From positions 186,001 to 250,000 of the forward strand of contig CDRNVI010000052.1 of assembly GCA_977017575.1 (NCBI GenBank): DNA of 64,000 bases, given 5' to 3'. A program made the translations under genes and the position numbers. The stretch comes from Paramoeba atlantica (Eukaryota; Protista; Discosea). Below, in pieces: positions 41,788 through 52,934 of this stretch; position 1 is the stretch's first letter; each line of letters begins with the position of its first letter. The notes under the pieces were generated by a model that saw only the letters and a program-made list of their open reading frames with translations, did not search any database and was not told where the DNA came from.

Positions 41788-43230
41788 TGTGGATTGTCAT
41801 ACTCAGTGCAACACCTTTTTGTCATACTCAGTGCAACAAAAATGAGAAAAATATGGGTGTGTTCCGGATGTCAGGATTTTCGCATACTCAGTGCAACACT
41901 GTTTTTTCGGTCGGACAGCACCACGAACGGACACGGGATTGTATGAGCCATGTTAAGAAAGAAACAATGGATTAAGGAAAAAAAATTATATAAGGAGAAG
42001 AAAAAAGGAGTACCTGGATAATCGATATTGACGGAACAACATAACGCGTTTCTTTAGTAAAGAGATAAACTTTTTACCTTTACTACTTTACAACTTACGG
42101 CTATACAACTTACTGCTTTCATGTATAGTACCGTCTCTTTATAGTAAAATTTGGCCTTCCAAGGTCTTTGGGGAGACCCATTTCAAGCACTTTCGTGGCC
42201 GTTTCTTCAGTTTGTTGGCCGTCTTACTAACTTCGCGCTGTGTCAACCCCTCAAAAGTATCTGACTTGGTGTGATACTACCGGACCAGACCATTCATGTT
42301 TTCAACGGCCCCCTTTTCCCATGAGTGGTAAGGATGACAAAAGTAAGATTTGCATCCTAACTTCCTGTTGATGGCTTCATAATTGGTGTTTTCAGTTCCA
42401 TTGTCATACGTTATGGTATGCACTTTGTATTTCTTTAAGGCTTTCAGCACCTGTGTTTCAACTTGTTTTGACTGCTTGGATTGAAATACACGGACAACAA
42501 ACCTTTCTTTCGTTCACAAAGGGTCAGGATGAAATACCCACTTTTCTTTGCTCCCTCAATTAAATCGGCCTCCCAATCACCATACCGACGTCGTGTGTTT
42601 ACTATTTGGGGACGATGATCGATAGAAACCCGGTTTGGAATGGTACTTCGACCATGAATGCGTCGAACATAAGGCCGCCTTCCGCGGATCCGTAGGCACC
42701 TATGAATCTTCCCCCCATTGTCTTTGTCTCGACGAACAAATCGATAGATTGTGGAGGTGGATGGTGAACCTTGTGAGCCGACAACAAGTGTATTAGCAAC
42801 CTGCTCCGGGCTGTGAAGCTTTCGGAGACGGGTCTTTACACTTTTTTCAAGACTGGCTCGAATTAGACGTGGTCTGGTCCCTTTATTAACCAGTCGTCTC
42901 TTGGCAACACGATGGGCACGTCTGGAACGATATTGCCCACCTCTTTTCCTGTTGCGTGCCAGCTCACGACATACCGCACTTGGGGACTTATCAATCGATC
43001 GGGCAATTTCCCTCTTCGTGGCGCCACTTTCAAACATCGTTTGAATATCTTTGCGATTGTTTTCAGATAATCTTCTGTACTTTGGCATGAATGAACTCAA
43101 TTATGTAGAAATTAGTATATGAAGTGTACTATGTAGAAATTAACCTTTTGTTGCGCTGAGTATGACAATTATTATTATTTTGTTGCACTGAGTAATGACA
43201 ATTTGTTGCACTGACATTGACAATCCACCA
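41788..43230 (-). mobile_element. IS30-family insertion sequence (1443 bp) with 26/27-bp terminal IRs and a 2-bp GT target duplication
   Basis: Left IR TGTGGATTGTCATACTCAGTGCAACA; right IR (reverse complement) TGGTGGATTGTCAATGTCAGTGCAACA. GT at 41786-87 and 43231-32; removing the element and one GT restores the array motif GAGAGAGTAAGTG. Confidence 0.9.
42139..43100 (-). pseudogene. IS30 transposase (~320 aa) with a 1-bp deletion near 42505 and TAG at 42277-79
   Basis: HTH LSENNRKDI...G...REIARSIDKSPSAVCRELARN; SPEQV; RP.IV..RRRYGDWEADLI; after the shift ERK(T)RF..TITYDNGTE..YFCHPYHSWEKGAVENMNGLVR..KRPRKCLKW.SP. Confidence 0.92.
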
Positions 43231-43960
43231 GTAAGTGACTGCAGTGTAGCTGCAGTGGCACGTGCGAGAATAAGTGCACTTCCACGTGAGGCAGTGAACG
43301 CAGTGTAGATGCAGTGGCGCGTGAGAGAGTAAGTGTACTGCCACGGGAGGAAGTGAATGTATTGATGTAGTGCAGCTGCAGTGGCACGTGCGAGAGTAAG
43401 TGCACTACCACTGTAAGTACAGTGGTACGTGAAAGAGTAAGTGTACTGCCACGTGAGGCAGTGAACGCAGTGTAGATGCAGTGGCACGTGAGAGAGTAAG
43501 TGTACTTCCACGTGAGGCAGTGAACGCAGTGCAGATGCAGTGGCGCGTGAGAGAGTCAGTGACTGCAGTGCGAGAGTAAGTGTACTGCCACGTGAGGCAG
43601 TGAACGCAGTGTAGATGCAGTGGCACGTGAGAGAGTAAGTGTACTTCCACGTGAGGCAGTGAACGCAGTGTAGATGCAGTGGCGCGTGAGAGAGTCAGTG
43701 ACTGCAGTGCGAGAGTAAGTGTACTGCCACGTGAGGCAGTGAACGCAGTGTAGATGCAGTGGCACGTGAGAGAGTAAGTGTACTTCCACGTGAGGCAGTG
43801 AACGCAGTGCAGATGCAGTGGCGCGTGAGAGAGTCAGTGACTGCAGTGCGAGAGTAAGTGTACTGCCACGTGAGGAAGTGACTGCAGTAATGCAATGCAG
43901 CTACAGTGGCAAGTTCGAGAGTAATGTACTGCCACGTGAGGCGGTGACTGTATTGATGCA
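43231..43960. repeat. CACGTG minisatellite, right part, with a ~134-bp higher-order unit
   Basis: Same units as 41406-41787; near-identical blocks repeat through 43430-43870. Confidence 0.85.
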
Positions 43961-44110
43961 GTGTGTAGCTAGAGTGGAACGTGGGTGCAGGTGGCTGCAC
44001 ATGAAACACCCACATGAGAGACCGTGCGCCACCAGTGGCTGCACTGGTGTTCCATTTAGAGAGTTTTGTTACAGATCGCCATGTTGTGGAAGGGTGGCCA
44101 GCTGGGAGAT

Positions 44111-44316
44111 AACCCAGATTGAAAGGGTCGAGGGAGATACGAAGCAACAGGCGTGGCAGATTCCCACTGAAAAGAAATGGTATCTCCCTGCACGAAGTTT
44201 GTCTCCGAGCTAGCAAGCGCAAAGGCTTTTCTCGTGCGGGGAGATACCATTTCTTTTCAGTGGTAATCTGCCACGCCTGTTGCTTCGTATCTCCCTCGAC
44301 CCTTTCAATCTGGGTT
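44111..44316. repeat. Palindrome family P, diverged copy P4 (~85-bp arms)
   Basis: Near-perfect arms. Shares AACCCAG..T.AAAG.G..CGAGGGAGATAC, GGTATCTCCC and the GTTTGT...CAAAGG loop with P1/P2. Confidence 0.8.
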
Positions 44317-44319
44317 GTG

Positions 44320-44709
44320 ATGGGAAAAATATATTGTCCTCGCTGCAAGGTGGACCGCCACGTGTCTTTGGGGGAACCTATAAGGTGTGTAATGTGTGCA
44401 TGCACCATTGAAAGTGATGCAAAGGATCCTTGCATCCAATGTCAAAGGGTCTCTGTAATCATAGGTACGAACTACTGTCCTCTATGTAATGCTCCACAGG
44501 ACTCTGAACGACTTCTGCCCAGTGCCATCGACCATCTACACGCTCGTGAGCTTCAAGGGAAGCACAATTTTCGCGCTCTTGCGGATGGAGGGTTTTATGA
44601 AAGTCGCACCAATATGCTGATACTGCCTCATTCAAAGACAATTCCCGTATCAGTTGTCCAAGCAAAAACAGGACCACAAGTGCGAACAATCTCTTTTACA
44701 CTTTCATAG
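44320..44709 (+). CDS. Small Cys-rich multi-zinc-ribbon hypothetical protein (129 aa)
   Basis: CPRC, CVMC, CIQC and CPLC pairs; ATG lies immediately after palindrome P4. Confidence 0.4.
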   Translation: MGKIYCPRCKVDRHVSLGEPIRCVMCACTIESDAKDPCIQCQRVSVIIGTNYCPLCNAPQDSERLLPSAIDHLHARELQGKHNFRALADGGFYESRTNMLILPHSKTIPVSVVQAKTGPQVRTISFTLS

Positions 44710-45078
44710 CTTTTTAGGTCATGTTTTCATAAAATCCATGAATTCCTTAGTGGGGTATTATCAATGCCTAGCACCTGTCCCTCGCCGGAGGTATTTCTCG
44801 TCGGTTTTTGGGTCCACTAGGGGCCACACTGGGCCACTCGGACCCTGCATTGAGTCCATTGTACCGGGGGTGGGGGACAATACGTGGGAACGCTTGGTTT
44901 TATTGTACACCCCCTGCGTAAAAGAGGGCCTTCTTTTGCCTTTTCACAGATTTTCTTTCTAAAAATGATTACATTTTTACCCAAATTAGCAGCGAAGACA
45001 TGAAAATAGCGAAGCTCCGACTATTTTCGGGGAGAATATTTCCCGACTATTTTCGGGGAAGCTCCGAATTCGGGGAAG

Positions 45079-45441
45079 AATTCAAAGTTTGAAGCACATG
45101 GTGCTCAGACGGCGAGTTCAAACCCGCTCATCCCAATATTCCCGGCGGCCTCACTCTAAGAGGCTGGGCTGATAACCGACTAGGTCCAGTACTCGGAGGA
45201 CCGTCCCGGACCCTCCCCTCAGGGAACCAGCTCCCTTACCCGGCTTACACCTCTTGGGTGAGCCGTGTTGACGTACAGTTCGTCGACGCAGCGTGTTGGC
45301 AACATCACGTTGGTGCCTTTGGACAAGCGGAAACTGGTAGAGGACGTCGGCCTCGGAACTTCCAAATCTGTCTGTGAAGGGTCTGGCTTGCCAGTGACCA
45401 TCCAGAGAGATCCGGAATGATTTGGATTTTTTTTGGATTTT
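45079..45441 (+). mobile_element. tRNA-headed SINE, 5'-truncated copy
   Basis: Highly similar to 54051-54441; GGATTTTT tail; possible 7-bp TSD GGGGAAG (45072-78 and 45442-48). Confidence 0.75.
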
Positions 45442-45635
45442 GGGGAAGCTCCGACTATTTTCGTTATTTTTCGGAGTTGTTATTGTACCTGTAGCTACGC
45501 ATTCTACCTGTAGCTAGTTATTGTACCGGGCGGGTACATTAACCCGGACGGGGGTTTAATTACCGGTGAAGCTTTTATTAAGAATAACATTAATTAAAGT
45601 AATTTCTGACGAGAAAAAATGTTTACTTTAATTAA

Positions 45636-46395
45636 TTCTTTTTTAGGCTCTTCGTTACACGCGCTGGTTATTTTCAACTTAGAAGTCACTAATGCTGCGT
45701 GCTTCGCGTTGAAAACTACCACCGCGTTTAAAGAAGATCCTAAAAAAGAAAAATCGCCAAAAGATCATGAATAATCTATTTTTTTGCGTGAAAATGCGCG
45801 ATTTTTAGGCGAAAATTGCGAAATTTTAACCCGAATTTGTACCATTTTTGATGCCTTACCAGTAGGGGTGGGAAGCGAATCAGCCGAAAAAAACGTCGTT
45901 GAATGGTAGCTGAGGCCCAAAACTCTTAAAATGCGTTTTAGGAGTCGATTTTGGAAAAATAATATCTTTACTTTCTTTTGGGTCAAAAAACTTTTTTTTT
46001 GGGTCACCCCAAAAAAATCGGACATTTTGATCTTGTCGGACCCCTCCTGCGCGTACCAGGGGGGGTACCCCCAGTGGGGGGGTGAAAAGTTATCGCCGCG
46101 GCCTACTCTATCACTTCCCTGCGCTCGATTTCGAAAAGCAAAAAATTTGAAAAAACTTTCTTGACGTATGCTCCCCCCTGGACCCCCCCTGGACCGCCCC
46201 CTGGACCCCCCCCTGGACCCCCCTCCCCTAGACCCCCCGTTTTTTTCAATTTCTTTTTTCATTTTCGGACCACCGGAGCCCCCTTTTGTATTTTCTTCTA
46301 TTATATTACTGTGTTTCTCTTTATATTTTCACTGTTTTTGTTCACTTTTTTTTCAATAATCGAGGGTAGAGCGGTACTTATACAACTACCGCAAT
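45636..46395 (+). mobile_element. Fold-back repeat HpA+B, copy 2
   Basis: Collinear with 8971-9706. Confidence 0.7.
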
Positions 46396-47549
46396 GCTAC
46401 GTTAATTAAAGTTACGTCAATTTATGTTTTTGTGGCGTAAGTAAATTTGAGATTTACTATTTTTAAGCCCATAAGATTGAACGTAGTTTGCACACTTTTC
46501 CAAAATTTCCCAAAAGGTAACTAAACATCAACGAATTCCAAAGAAAATCAAGAATAAGCACACTAGAAGGTTTCTGCACAAAACAATGCCCCATCCAACA
46601 AAACTCGTACCAGCGGACTTAACCTCACTTAACAGAAGACGTGTGACCATGATTTCACCCGTACCTGAGAACGTCAAAAGGTCAAAAATACTACAGTGTA
46701 GCAACGACTCTAAACTATGTATTTTGCAAGAAACAGAAACAAAAAAGAATTAAAAAATCGTTTTCTACTTTCGTGAAAAACTAAGCAAACATCGCTCAAT
46801 TCCATCTAAAGCGAAATACTCCACCGCCTATGGGTGTTGTTTCCAAGGGCAACTGGTCGTATTCTTGAGACATCTTCTAGAAATTTAAAAAATGAAATTA
46901 GTAATTATTTTTCGTCATTTTTTGACCAAAATTAATTATTACGTTAATTACCGTAGAAACTTCAATTAAGGGTAATTAAAATTAAGGCAACTTTAATTAA
47001 GGCAGCTTTAATTACACCCAAGCAAAAAATTATTATCGCTAAAATTATTGGCACAAAAATTATTGTTTTTTTAATTATAAGCTGTCAATTTTTGGCGAGA
47101 AACATTTTTTAATTTTTTTGGTCAATTTTTGAATTTCTCATGAGGTCTGATCTTGGCAACCACGTTTTAGAGAAGAGTTCCATAGATTTTACACAAAAAT
47201 TCAAATTTTATGAGAGGATTTGACGCGAGAGAAGCGAGATTGGCTTTATGTCAACACCCGGTCGTGAGATCATGCGAGATCACACCCGCATCCCATCATT
47301 TAATGACCACTTAATAACCTGCCCTTCGCAACGCATTTGGCAAGATTAGAGAGATGCAAACCACCGTCCGGGTTATACCTAGGGACACTTGTGCTTCCTA
47401 AGGATAATAATTTTTTGGCGATAAGCAACTTTCTTCCCCGTAAAAATTCTTGAATCTTTTTGGGAGCAAAAAAACCCTTTCGACCTAATTTTGGGGTTTT
47501 CCGCCCCTCTACTAACAACTTCTATTGTTTGTCAATATGTACAAATTTC

Positions 47550-48623
47550 CAGGGTTCGCAGAAACTATAAAACTATCAATATAGTACTATATAGTTACTA
47601 TAAACTTTTTTCGAAAACTATAAAAAACTATATTTTTTTGTTTCACATTTTAGGCACTCCGAAGCTCACCAACACGCCATAAATACACGGCGAATTCATT
47701 TGTGTACGATTTTTCTTATTTTTAAACCCGAAAATTGATGCCCGAAATTAAAGTTACGAGGGGTAGTTTCTGCAAAGATTATTTTATTGAACTGCTGCAC
47801 ACGGAGGGAAGTAAAAAAGCGGTTGAATGTAACTTGTGTCAGGAGGGGACGTACCCCAGTCCCATCGCGTGGCCTTGACAGATTGCCTTGTGCGAATCTT
47901 GCGTCCCGAACATCTTCTCACTGCATCGCTGTCGCCGCGCTTTGGCTGGAGCCACCGACGTTATGTCTTGGGACTGAATAACTGCTGCTCACAATTCTAT
48001 GAGTTTGAATAAATACAATCATATGAGTCTGAATAAATTACGCGGTGTGTTGTCGAGTGGAGAGTTTGTACTTCCTATCGTCACTCCTTTCGCATGCGTT
48101 TCATTGCCATTTCCGAGGAGATGACACACTAGTTGATGATATTTTTCGGCGGTGATGGAATCGCGGGGAAGAGGGAGCATGTTTCGATAGCTATGTAACC
48201 CAGGATAAAGTGGACGAGGGAGGTTCTAAAAGCACCTTTAAACCACCACAAAAATAGAATGATATCTCCCGGTTTGTAAAGGATTCCGACGTGCCAAAAG
48301 AATCTTTAAGGGACATACCCTTCCATTTTTATGGTGGTTTAAAGGTGCTTTTAGAACCTCCCTCGTCCACTTTAGCTTGGGTTACATTTTTTTCAGAATT
48401 TCTTGTCATATCATACGTATGTAAGCGTGTAAGAACGCATGTAAAGGCGTGTGTATGTCCTTCACAAGCGGAGAGGACTCAAAAAATATCACTTGTAAAG
48501 TGAAAAAAACTTTATAGTTTTCTTATAGTTTTATAGTAAAATATAGTAAATATAGTACTATATAGTAACTATATTCAATGAAAAAAACTATATTTTACTA
48601 TATTATAGTTTCTGCGAACCCTG
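47550..48623. mobile_element. Non-autonomous hAT element (1074 bp)
   Basis: TIR CAGGGTTCGCAGAAACTATA; exact 8-bp TSD CAAATTTC (47542-49 and 48624-31); ACTATA subterminal repeats. Confidence 0.88.
48193..48387. repeat. Palindrome family P, copy P2 (~78-bp arms), inside the hAT element
   Basis: Arms ATGTAACCCA...AAACCACCA / reverse complement; loop similar to P1. Confidence 0.85.
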
Positions 48624-49167
48624 CAAATTTCTACAAAAATTATTGGCACAAAAATTATTGATTTTTTAATTAAAAGTTGCAGAGCTTTGCCAATAATTAA
48701 AACCTCAATAATATTAGTCGGCAGTGTAAGGCAATAATTAATTTTTTGTCATTTTGGGGAAAAAATTGGGAAAAAAAAATTTCATGATTCCGTCTCAGAC
48801 TTTTCCTTTCAATGATCGTTTTAACTTTTCTCTCACACGTTGAACTGGTTGAAGACCGTAAAGTTAGGCGAAACAGGCGAAGCTCGTCTAGAAAAGTTCG
48901 AAAAACATGAAAAATGATAACAAATTGAGCACTTTTAGCAGAAATGTGATATTTATGCTACAAACGACAATATTTAAATAAGAACTTTTTGGGCTTTTAT
49001 CAGCGCCACTTTAATTAAGGCAACTTTGATTAAGGCAAAAATTAATTTTTAAATCCGTTCTGCCTTAATTACTTTTATCCTTAATAACCGTTTCCCCGGT
49101 AATCTCGAGTGCAAGATTATATTCAAATCGTTTTTTGTTGCGACATTATACAATTAACATCAAATTA

Positions 49168-49544
49168 AACGGGGGTACGACTTAATGTACCGGGTACCCT
49201 TTTATATACCGGGGGGGTATAATCGCTACCCAATATACCCCCCCCTGGGCACCGTGGAAAACAAGGGGGTGGTGGTATAAACGCTCAAAAGAAATAGAGC
49301 GTTTATGCCTCCCACCCCCTTGTTTTCCACGGTGCCATCATGTATTGTCCCTTTTAACCTCTTTGGTTACCGTAAAAAACAGGTCCTCTTTGGTTTACCG
49401 CAAAAAAACATTGGAGCTAATATACCCCCCACCCCCCCGCATTATACCCCCCACCCGGTATAAACGGTGAGCGAATATACCCCCCCTTAATATACAGAGT
49501 ACACTTTATTATACCCCCCCTGTACATTAAGTCGTACCCCCGTT
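49168..49544. mobile_element. Tc1/mariner-superfamily MITE (377 bp) with TA TSD and internal ~88-bp palindrome
   Basis: TIR AACGGGGGTACGACTTAATGTAC; TA on both sides; the empty site CAAAT-TA-CGACATTATACTC is visible near 27500; hairpin at about 49248-49335. Confidence 0.9.
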
Positions 49545-51247
49545 TACGACATTATACTCAAATACGATTTATTCCCATTTTCTCGAAAATAACGTTGTTT
49601 ATTCAACAACGCATTCCTTGAATAGAACTCATTCTGCACATGAACGTGTTTGTCCATAAAAAAAGGGCCGCGAAGCGACGCCAAATTTTTTTTACCCTTG
49701 TTTTGGTTTTTTCCGATATTTACATTATTAATTATTGTGCCTAGAGCCAATTATTGTGCAGGGGTGGAACAATAACCCGGAACAGGGTTTACTTTAAATC
49801 AACGAACGCTCAGCTAAAGCAAAAGAATCAGGCGGCAAAGGATGCACGCAGCAGAGATTTGCACTCAAGTCAAAAAGAGCAAAAGAGGAAAAACAAAAAT
49901 ATATAGGCGCTTTCTAATTAATAGTAAATGTTTGTTTAGCTTCTCCTACCTTCATATGCACATTGTTTATGATTTTTAACAATTGAATGAGTTTTCTTTA
50001 AAAAAAGGGTCGCTCTTACGTCGAATTTCTAGAACTCGCGTTTCGACCAAGTCTTTTCTTCCGCTTAAATTCAACCAGGACCGGTGGGATCGGCCGAGAT
50101 CGACCGGGATCGTAAATCTCTAGTTTCAGCCCTCTAATTATTACGTTCCTTAATTTTTAGGCTCTTCGTTAAACGCGGTGGTTGTTTTCAACTTAGAAGT
50201 CACTCATGCTGCGCGCTTCGCGTTGAACCTTGAGCAAGGCTTACGTTTTGCGTTTCCTACCGGTACACTTTTGTCATGTATAGGTCACATGATCAATTGC
50301 GTTTGTAAGACAGTTTTCAAGTCCTACGAAGAGTCTGCTTCTTTTAAATTTAAGAAAGCGTTCTCTCAAGCCTTTTATTCTTCCGGGAAGGTAGTGCTTC
50401 AAAGGGGAAGTACAAAGGTGTAGCGCTCGGGATGAAATTAGCTAAATGTGACGAGTCCTTCTTAAGAGCGTCGTCCAATTTTCGGACGTACTACAGTAGG
50501 TTCGGGGAGCGCTGCCTCAAACGCTATCGCCCAGGCCTAGAAAAGGGTGTTGTTGAAAGCCTTAGAGTTTTACAATCTGTAATCCCTAGTGAATCTCAGG
50601 AACTGCTCGCAAAGTTGGATCCATGTATGAACTTGATCAGTGCACAAGGTCCCGGGAGTTGTACTACCAAGGCAGTGAAGACTTACCACACAGTGAAGAA
50701 TACTTCCATTAAATTTCAACTTCTTACCCCTTCCGGACTCGTTCTCCATTTAAGTAACATCCCTCCCGCTGTACAAATTAGAATCCCGGATAGAACTCTT
50801 CATCCCTTCCCGACTCGTTCTCCATGTAACTAACATCCCTCTCGCTAAAAATATTTGCTTTCAGAATAGCAAGCTAACAAGCGAGCGAGAGATACCCACA
50901 CCAAGTTTTTGAATACGTTTACTATCCTAGTACGGTAGTTAGTACGTACTAGTACGAAAATAGGGGTCCGTACTAGATTTAGTACATCGTACCGTACTAT
51001 GCACATGTGTGTAGTATTAATTTGAAGGTACCTACTTCGTTTTTATGCATCAATAAATTGTGTTTTTCGTCTAAAAAATCTTACCTCGAAATTGCAAAAA
51101 AACTGTTCACATGTTTTTTTTACTTGCACCCGATCACACTTTTGTTACAAAGCTGATTGAGTCGGAAGCTCTATGGCAACATATACGTAGTATATGTAAA
51201 TTTTATATACATGTATGGAGTACTCACGCGTACACTACTCTGATATG

Positions 51248-52850
51248 AACCAGGGGACGGAATAATATTAAGATGCGGTTTATTATTAAGTTGCGGCTTA
51301 TTATTAAGTTAGACAAGTTATTATTAAGCTAGACAGGTTATTATTAAGCTGGACAAGTTATTATTAAGTTGTCAAGTTATTATTAAGTTTGTGTTTTTCG
51401 ATGGGAGAAGGAGATTCTTGGAGCTCGAGAGAACGATGCTTTGATAACAACCGAGATGGTGCGCCAAGAGGCATTTCGCATGCTGAAAAAGGAAAACCGC
51501 AAATCACCAGAGCAGAACAAAACACGGGGGATTACAAGAGTAAGCGAACGTTGGATAGGTAGATTCCTCCACTCTTACAAATGGCCTATAAGATTAGTAA
51601 AGAGATCAACTCAGCTATCAAGTGAAGAGATAAAGAAAAGAATTCATTCCTTTCATGCGTTTGCCTATCGTTGTCTTAAAACAAAAAAGTTTCGTTCCGT
51701 TCTGAATTTTGATGAAATTCCCATATCATTTCGCGGGTCCATGAAATCTTTAAAAACAATTGCACAGCGAGGAGAAGAAGATGTGCGAGGGCGTTGCAAT
51801 CCGGATGATATGAAGCGATGCGCAACGCTTATCTGCGGTGCTGGCGTGAAACTGGATAAAAATGGAAGTCCAAAGAGTCATTTCTTTCTAAAACCTTTTA
51901 TCGTGTGGAAAGGAGCTGGAAATGGATCTAGTCACGAGATATTTGATGCGAGGACGGCTCGAGCTTTTACTCCGAAAGGTGTCGTGAACAAAGATTTTTT
52001 TCTCCAAGACTTTATTCCCTTTCTCAAACGTGAACTGGATATAAATGACGCAGGCCACACTTTAATTTATCTAGACTCCTGCCGATCTCACATAACAAGT
52101 GACGTTCTCGATGCGTTTGCCACTGTGGCTAACTGCTATTGTGCCATATTACCCCCTGCAACAACATCCTGGATCCAATGGATTGATGTATTTTATGCTT
52201 CTTCGTACAAACGCGAGCAAGTAAACATTTGGCACAGAGAACAACATATCCGTCGGACCGCCCGCCAAAAAAGACAATGGATACATAATGCCGTTGCCCG
52301 AGCGCACGAACAAGTTATAAACCTCGACAACGACTCTCTTGATGAATCAAGGACCCTTTCCTCTTCTATGAACGTTGTTCAACAATTCAAAAGCTTGGGG
52401 TATATCGACCCTTGTGATGCATCGTGGTCGCATGTGAAATGTTTAGAAGGATATGTCTTTGTTCCACCAAGCGATGACGATGAGAGAGACGAAGCTAAGG
52501 GAATCGAAGATGCCTTTAAGCGTGGGAAAAGCGTCCAGGCACGAAAGTCATTCCAAGGACGGCTCGATAAATGGTGTAACCCACGACGCTCCACCGAATA
52601 AAGGTAAAGAAAAGAAAGATTTATGAAGTTTATGAAGTCGGGTAAAGATTCAGATAAAAAAAATATTGTTAAAGATTGCATACATAAAAAAACAATTTGT
52701 TAATTTTATTACAAACTTAATAATAACCCGCCGACAAGTTAATATTAAGTTTCAAAACGTTGACAGGTTATTATTAAGTTTGACAGGTTGTTATTAAGTT
52801 GTCAAGTTATTATTAAGTTTCAACAACTTAATATTATTCCGTCCCCCGGT
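51248..52850 (+). mobile_element. pogo-type DNA transposon with N-terminally deleted transposase
   Basis: TIR AACC(A)GGGGACGGAATAATATTAAG; right end followed by TA; arrays of TTATTATTAAG near both ends; a solo right end recurs at about 55033-55097. Confidence 0.85.
51441..52601 (+). CDS. pogo/DDE_1 transposase (starts within the CENP-B-type HTH)
   Basis: LNFDEIP, LIYLDSCRSH, LPPATTSWIQWIDV. The frame is open upstream (WEKEILGARENDALITTEMVRQEA) without an in-frame ATG. Confidence 0.8.
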   Translation: MITTEMVRQEAFRMLKKENRKSPEQNKTRGITRVSERWIGRFLHSYKWPIRLVKRSTQLSSEEIKKRIHSFHAFAYRCLKTKKFRSVLNFDEIPISFRGSMKSLKTIAQRGEEDVRGRCNPDDMKRCATLICGAGVKLDKNGSPKSHFFLKPFIVWKGAGNGSSHEIFDARTARAFTPKGVVNKDFFLQDFIPFLKRELDINDAGHTLIYLDSCRSHITSDVLDAFATVANCYCAILPPATTSWIQWIDVFYASSYKREQVNIWHREQHIRRTARQKRQWIHNAVARAHEQVINLDNDSLDESRTLSSSMNVVQQFKSLGYIDPCDASWSHVKCLEGYVFVPPSDDDERDEAKGIEDAFKRGKSVQARKSFQGRLDKWCNPRRSTE

Positions 52851-52934
52851 TTACTACTTCAATGCACACGACACCTGGCCAACACTTGGCAGGGAAACAC
52901 CAACAACAAAAAAGTGTCAAACATGTGAACAGTT

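Noticed and set aside
41788-43230. Bacterial contig contamination as the explanation for IS30
   Set aside because: Both flanks continue the same minisatellite with a TSD and no other bacterial genes are present; read-level confirmation is still needed.
41330-44435. His/Cys-rich minus-strand ORFs as metal-binding proteins
   Set aside because: They are translations of the CACGTG minisatellite, repeated verbatim in several frames.
45150-45230. Hammerhead or HDV ribozyme in the SINE body
   Set aside because: CTGATAA is not the CUGANGA core, there is no correctly placed GAAA, and the HDV pseudoknot could not be built by eye.
50178-50833. ORFs at 50178/50432 and the poly-Glu ORF at 56740-57192 as genes
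   Set aside because: Coding-like but with no recognisable domain and embedded in repeat debris; not supportable.
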